A stretch of DNA of 52,942 bases, the filler included, from Basidiobolus ranarum (taxonomy: Eukaryota): the NCBI GenBank assembly GCA_040143965.1. It is 3 parts of 3 records of this genome, joined end to end, with 100 filler letters (N's around TTAATTAATTAA, not from the genome) between each part and the next. Parts side by side here need not be neighbours in the genome. Positions count along the whole stretch, not along the records: positions 35,386 to 52,942 come from JASJQH010000302.1; 2 more parts are not named here. One strand, written 5' to 3'. Positions 50,507 to 52,942 of this stretch are shown piece by piece. A program made the translations under genes and the position numbers. The notes below the pieces were generated by a model. It ran no database searches, was not told where the DNA came from, and saw nothing but the letters and a program-made list of their open reading frames with translations. How positions within the stretch are numbered: the stretch's first letter is position 1; each line of letters begins with the position of its first letter.

Positions 50507-52704
50507 TACCTTAATCACATACCAATTTTGGCCAAAGAATTGGATGAATTCAATAAATATGGACATTTATTAAGATTACTTAGCCCTTATATACTAATTC
50601 ATCTGACAATTTGTTCCCTTAATTACTCCCGTCTACTTAGGACTAGATAGCCAACCAACATATCCACTCGATCCATTATCTAGTAACGGATCTCACTTAT
50701 TAAATCTACTTTCCGCTTATTGCATCCGATGTAACACCAGATATCCTTTAGTATGTCAACTGGATCATTTTGTGGCGTTCTTTCCGATGTTGCGTGTATC
50801 CGAAGTACCGAAACCTATTTTCGTCAGCATCGTTCAAGTCTATTTTGGCTGGGAAGTAGTTTTCGTAGGTGCCACTGTGAACATCAAATGGAATAATACA
50901 AATATCTTACTGGAAGTCACTTATAATGGTAATTTTGAGAAATCTTTGAGCTATGTTTAGAAGCAATATACTCTTATCTTACGACCAGGGCAATTTACTG
51001 AGTTCTAAATTGAATCACTCCATGTTGAACAAATATTACTATATCTGAGTCTAGCACCAAAGTACATTGGTAGTACATATCATGAGAATTGAAGAATAAA
51101 CACTGACCTAAAATCAGCAAAGTGTGTCACTTAACTTTCATACTTCCCCCTCTCATACACATAAAGGTAATATGTCCTTCTGAAAATGTGGAGGATTGGC
51201 ATTTGAAAGATTATGAAGGCATGATATATTTAAATTGAAATTAACTGGTTTAGTTAAGTTTTCATACTCTAATCAAAATGGGCTTGAAACTAAGGCATAA
51301 TCAAGTATATAATACCAATTGACCAGTGTAGTATGTTCAATACAAAGAAAATATAGTATTCCCAATGTATGGTCTGCGTATTGAAAGTGACGTTGTATAT
51401 ATCTTATTGATAGGCAATTATGTAATCTAAATTGTAGAGTCATGTATCTATTTTTTAGTGTGTCATATTAAATATCCATGGTTGACTTATCCTGGAAACT
51501 GATAGTATTCTCAAACTCTTCCAAATCCACACCAAAACTCCTATGTCAATTATGCTTTTCCTCTACTTGCAATATATATACATATACACTGATTTGTTTC
51601 AATTCTAGTATCAAATTTATACATGCTACAATCTTACTGAGTTCATTAAACAATCTTAATTATCTTCATAAATACTGCATGCATGTTGGCCATATTTGGG
51701 GTCAGAAATTGGTCTTTCTTATAGTTAAACCTGGTGTCTCCACAACTTTGGCAACATGCACCACATTACTAGTGTTGATATTCAGGTGTTTAAAAAAATA
51801 GCCTGCTTGTGCCTTCAAGATTACAGGTACCGCTTGCAGATATAGGAATGAGAGAATTTCAGTTTATATTGCATAGCGCATATTTCAAATACAGTAATTT
51901 AAGGAACATACAGGTTGTGGCAAAATTTAAGGTATAAAATATTTTCAAATAATAGTCAACATAAATAGCTAGATTGTGCATGGAACATTAGATGCTGTCG
52001 AATATACCTTCCTGCAGTCAAGATGGGCAATTTTGATGTTTTAGATTCCCTTTTGCCTCTTCTTGGATAAATCGTATACATACTAAGCTTGCGCTCCAGT
52101 TATATCTAGAACATGTTTGCCTGAGCAGTACCAAAGCCATTTCTAATGCAGTATATGCAACTTTTGGCTCTATTTTGGCTATAAGAATAGCTAATGATCT
52201 TTGTGAGCCTTCCTAGTACCTTAAGGTGAATCACCTAGTTTATATTTTGTAGGAGAAATTCATTTGTGACCTGGTTCAGTCATATCTTCCTTATCACTAC
52301 TGTACAAGATATTCTACATTCCAAGATATACTTATAAAAGACAAAATCAAAATGGAGATTATGACAATTTGCATAGGTCTGGCAATATATTGCTGTATAT
52401 AAATATAATATTTGCTTTAAGTGAAGTTTATCCAAAATTGCTAAGCAGTTGTGACAGCTCGCAATAATTTGTTTATTCCGAGTGTGATTTTTATATATCA
52501 TATAACAAGGATTTAGTATTTAGAAAAGTCATAAGATATGCCAGGCACCTTGCTTTTGCATATCCTGTTTAACATAATTATTGCTCATCTGGTTGATACT
52601 TGTGTTCAATTCAGTTTAACAAAAAATGTAGTTCATATATTTCTTCAAATTATCCTAAACACTTCCACTTCACTGCATAAAAGGCAGTAATATATATATA
52701 TATA

Positions 52705-52942
52705 TGTTAAAGTATTTGGGAGCCTGTTGGAAGTGGTTTGGAGAATTAGAGGAATTGGTGGTTTTCACTTATTGATTTATTGAGCAGAAGGTTGACATTT
52801 ATAGTTTTGTCAAGATGTAAACAAACTAATGTGTAGAATATGTTAAGGAAGGTCCCAGGAATATGTGTGCAAAGTTTGGGGCTTCTAGCACAAGTTTGAA
52901 AAATCTATATATCTGAGAACTTCTAAGTTGGTAAAAGTATTC
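52705..52942 (-). mobile_element. Copia LTR (3' or solo), truncated by the window end, abutting a (TA)n tract
   Basis: TGTTAAAGTATTTGGGAGCC at 52705; no PBS after the LTR end, only TATATA repeats. Confidence 0.88.

Overview
AT-rich, intron-containing eukaryotic DNA from an early-diverging fungus (Mucoromycota/Zoopagomycota-like; inferred from gene content and short GT-AG introns). It is almost certainly three unrelated contigs (1-17596, 17697-35285, 35386-52942; 17,596/17,589/17,557 bp) joined by artificial 100-bp N44-TTAATTAATTAA-N44 linkers. Housekeeping genes: PMR1 Ca2+-ATPase, BFR1-like, AGX1, LMBR1-like, a Ser/Thr kinase, CIA2, an aquaglyceroporin, MCU, a glutathione peroxidase, a dual-specificity phosphatase, a myotubularin, a PPR protein, a 7TM-like protein, a secreted FAD oxidase and a chitin deacetylase. 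The most notable items are largely invisible in the ORF track: (1) a ~2.1-kb TA-flanked element with short imperfect TIRs (29228-31332) carrying a degenerate, intron-containing Fanzor (eukaryotic TnpB-like RNA-guided nuclease) gene and hairpins at its right end where the omegaRNA is expected; (2) a Ty1/copia LTR family with a Ty5/copia-type half-tRNA(iMet) primer site, gag start, RNase H end and PPT; (3) an intronless secreted bacterial-type GH46 chitosanase; (4) a 40-aa prepropeptide releasing a candidate cationic 16-mer.
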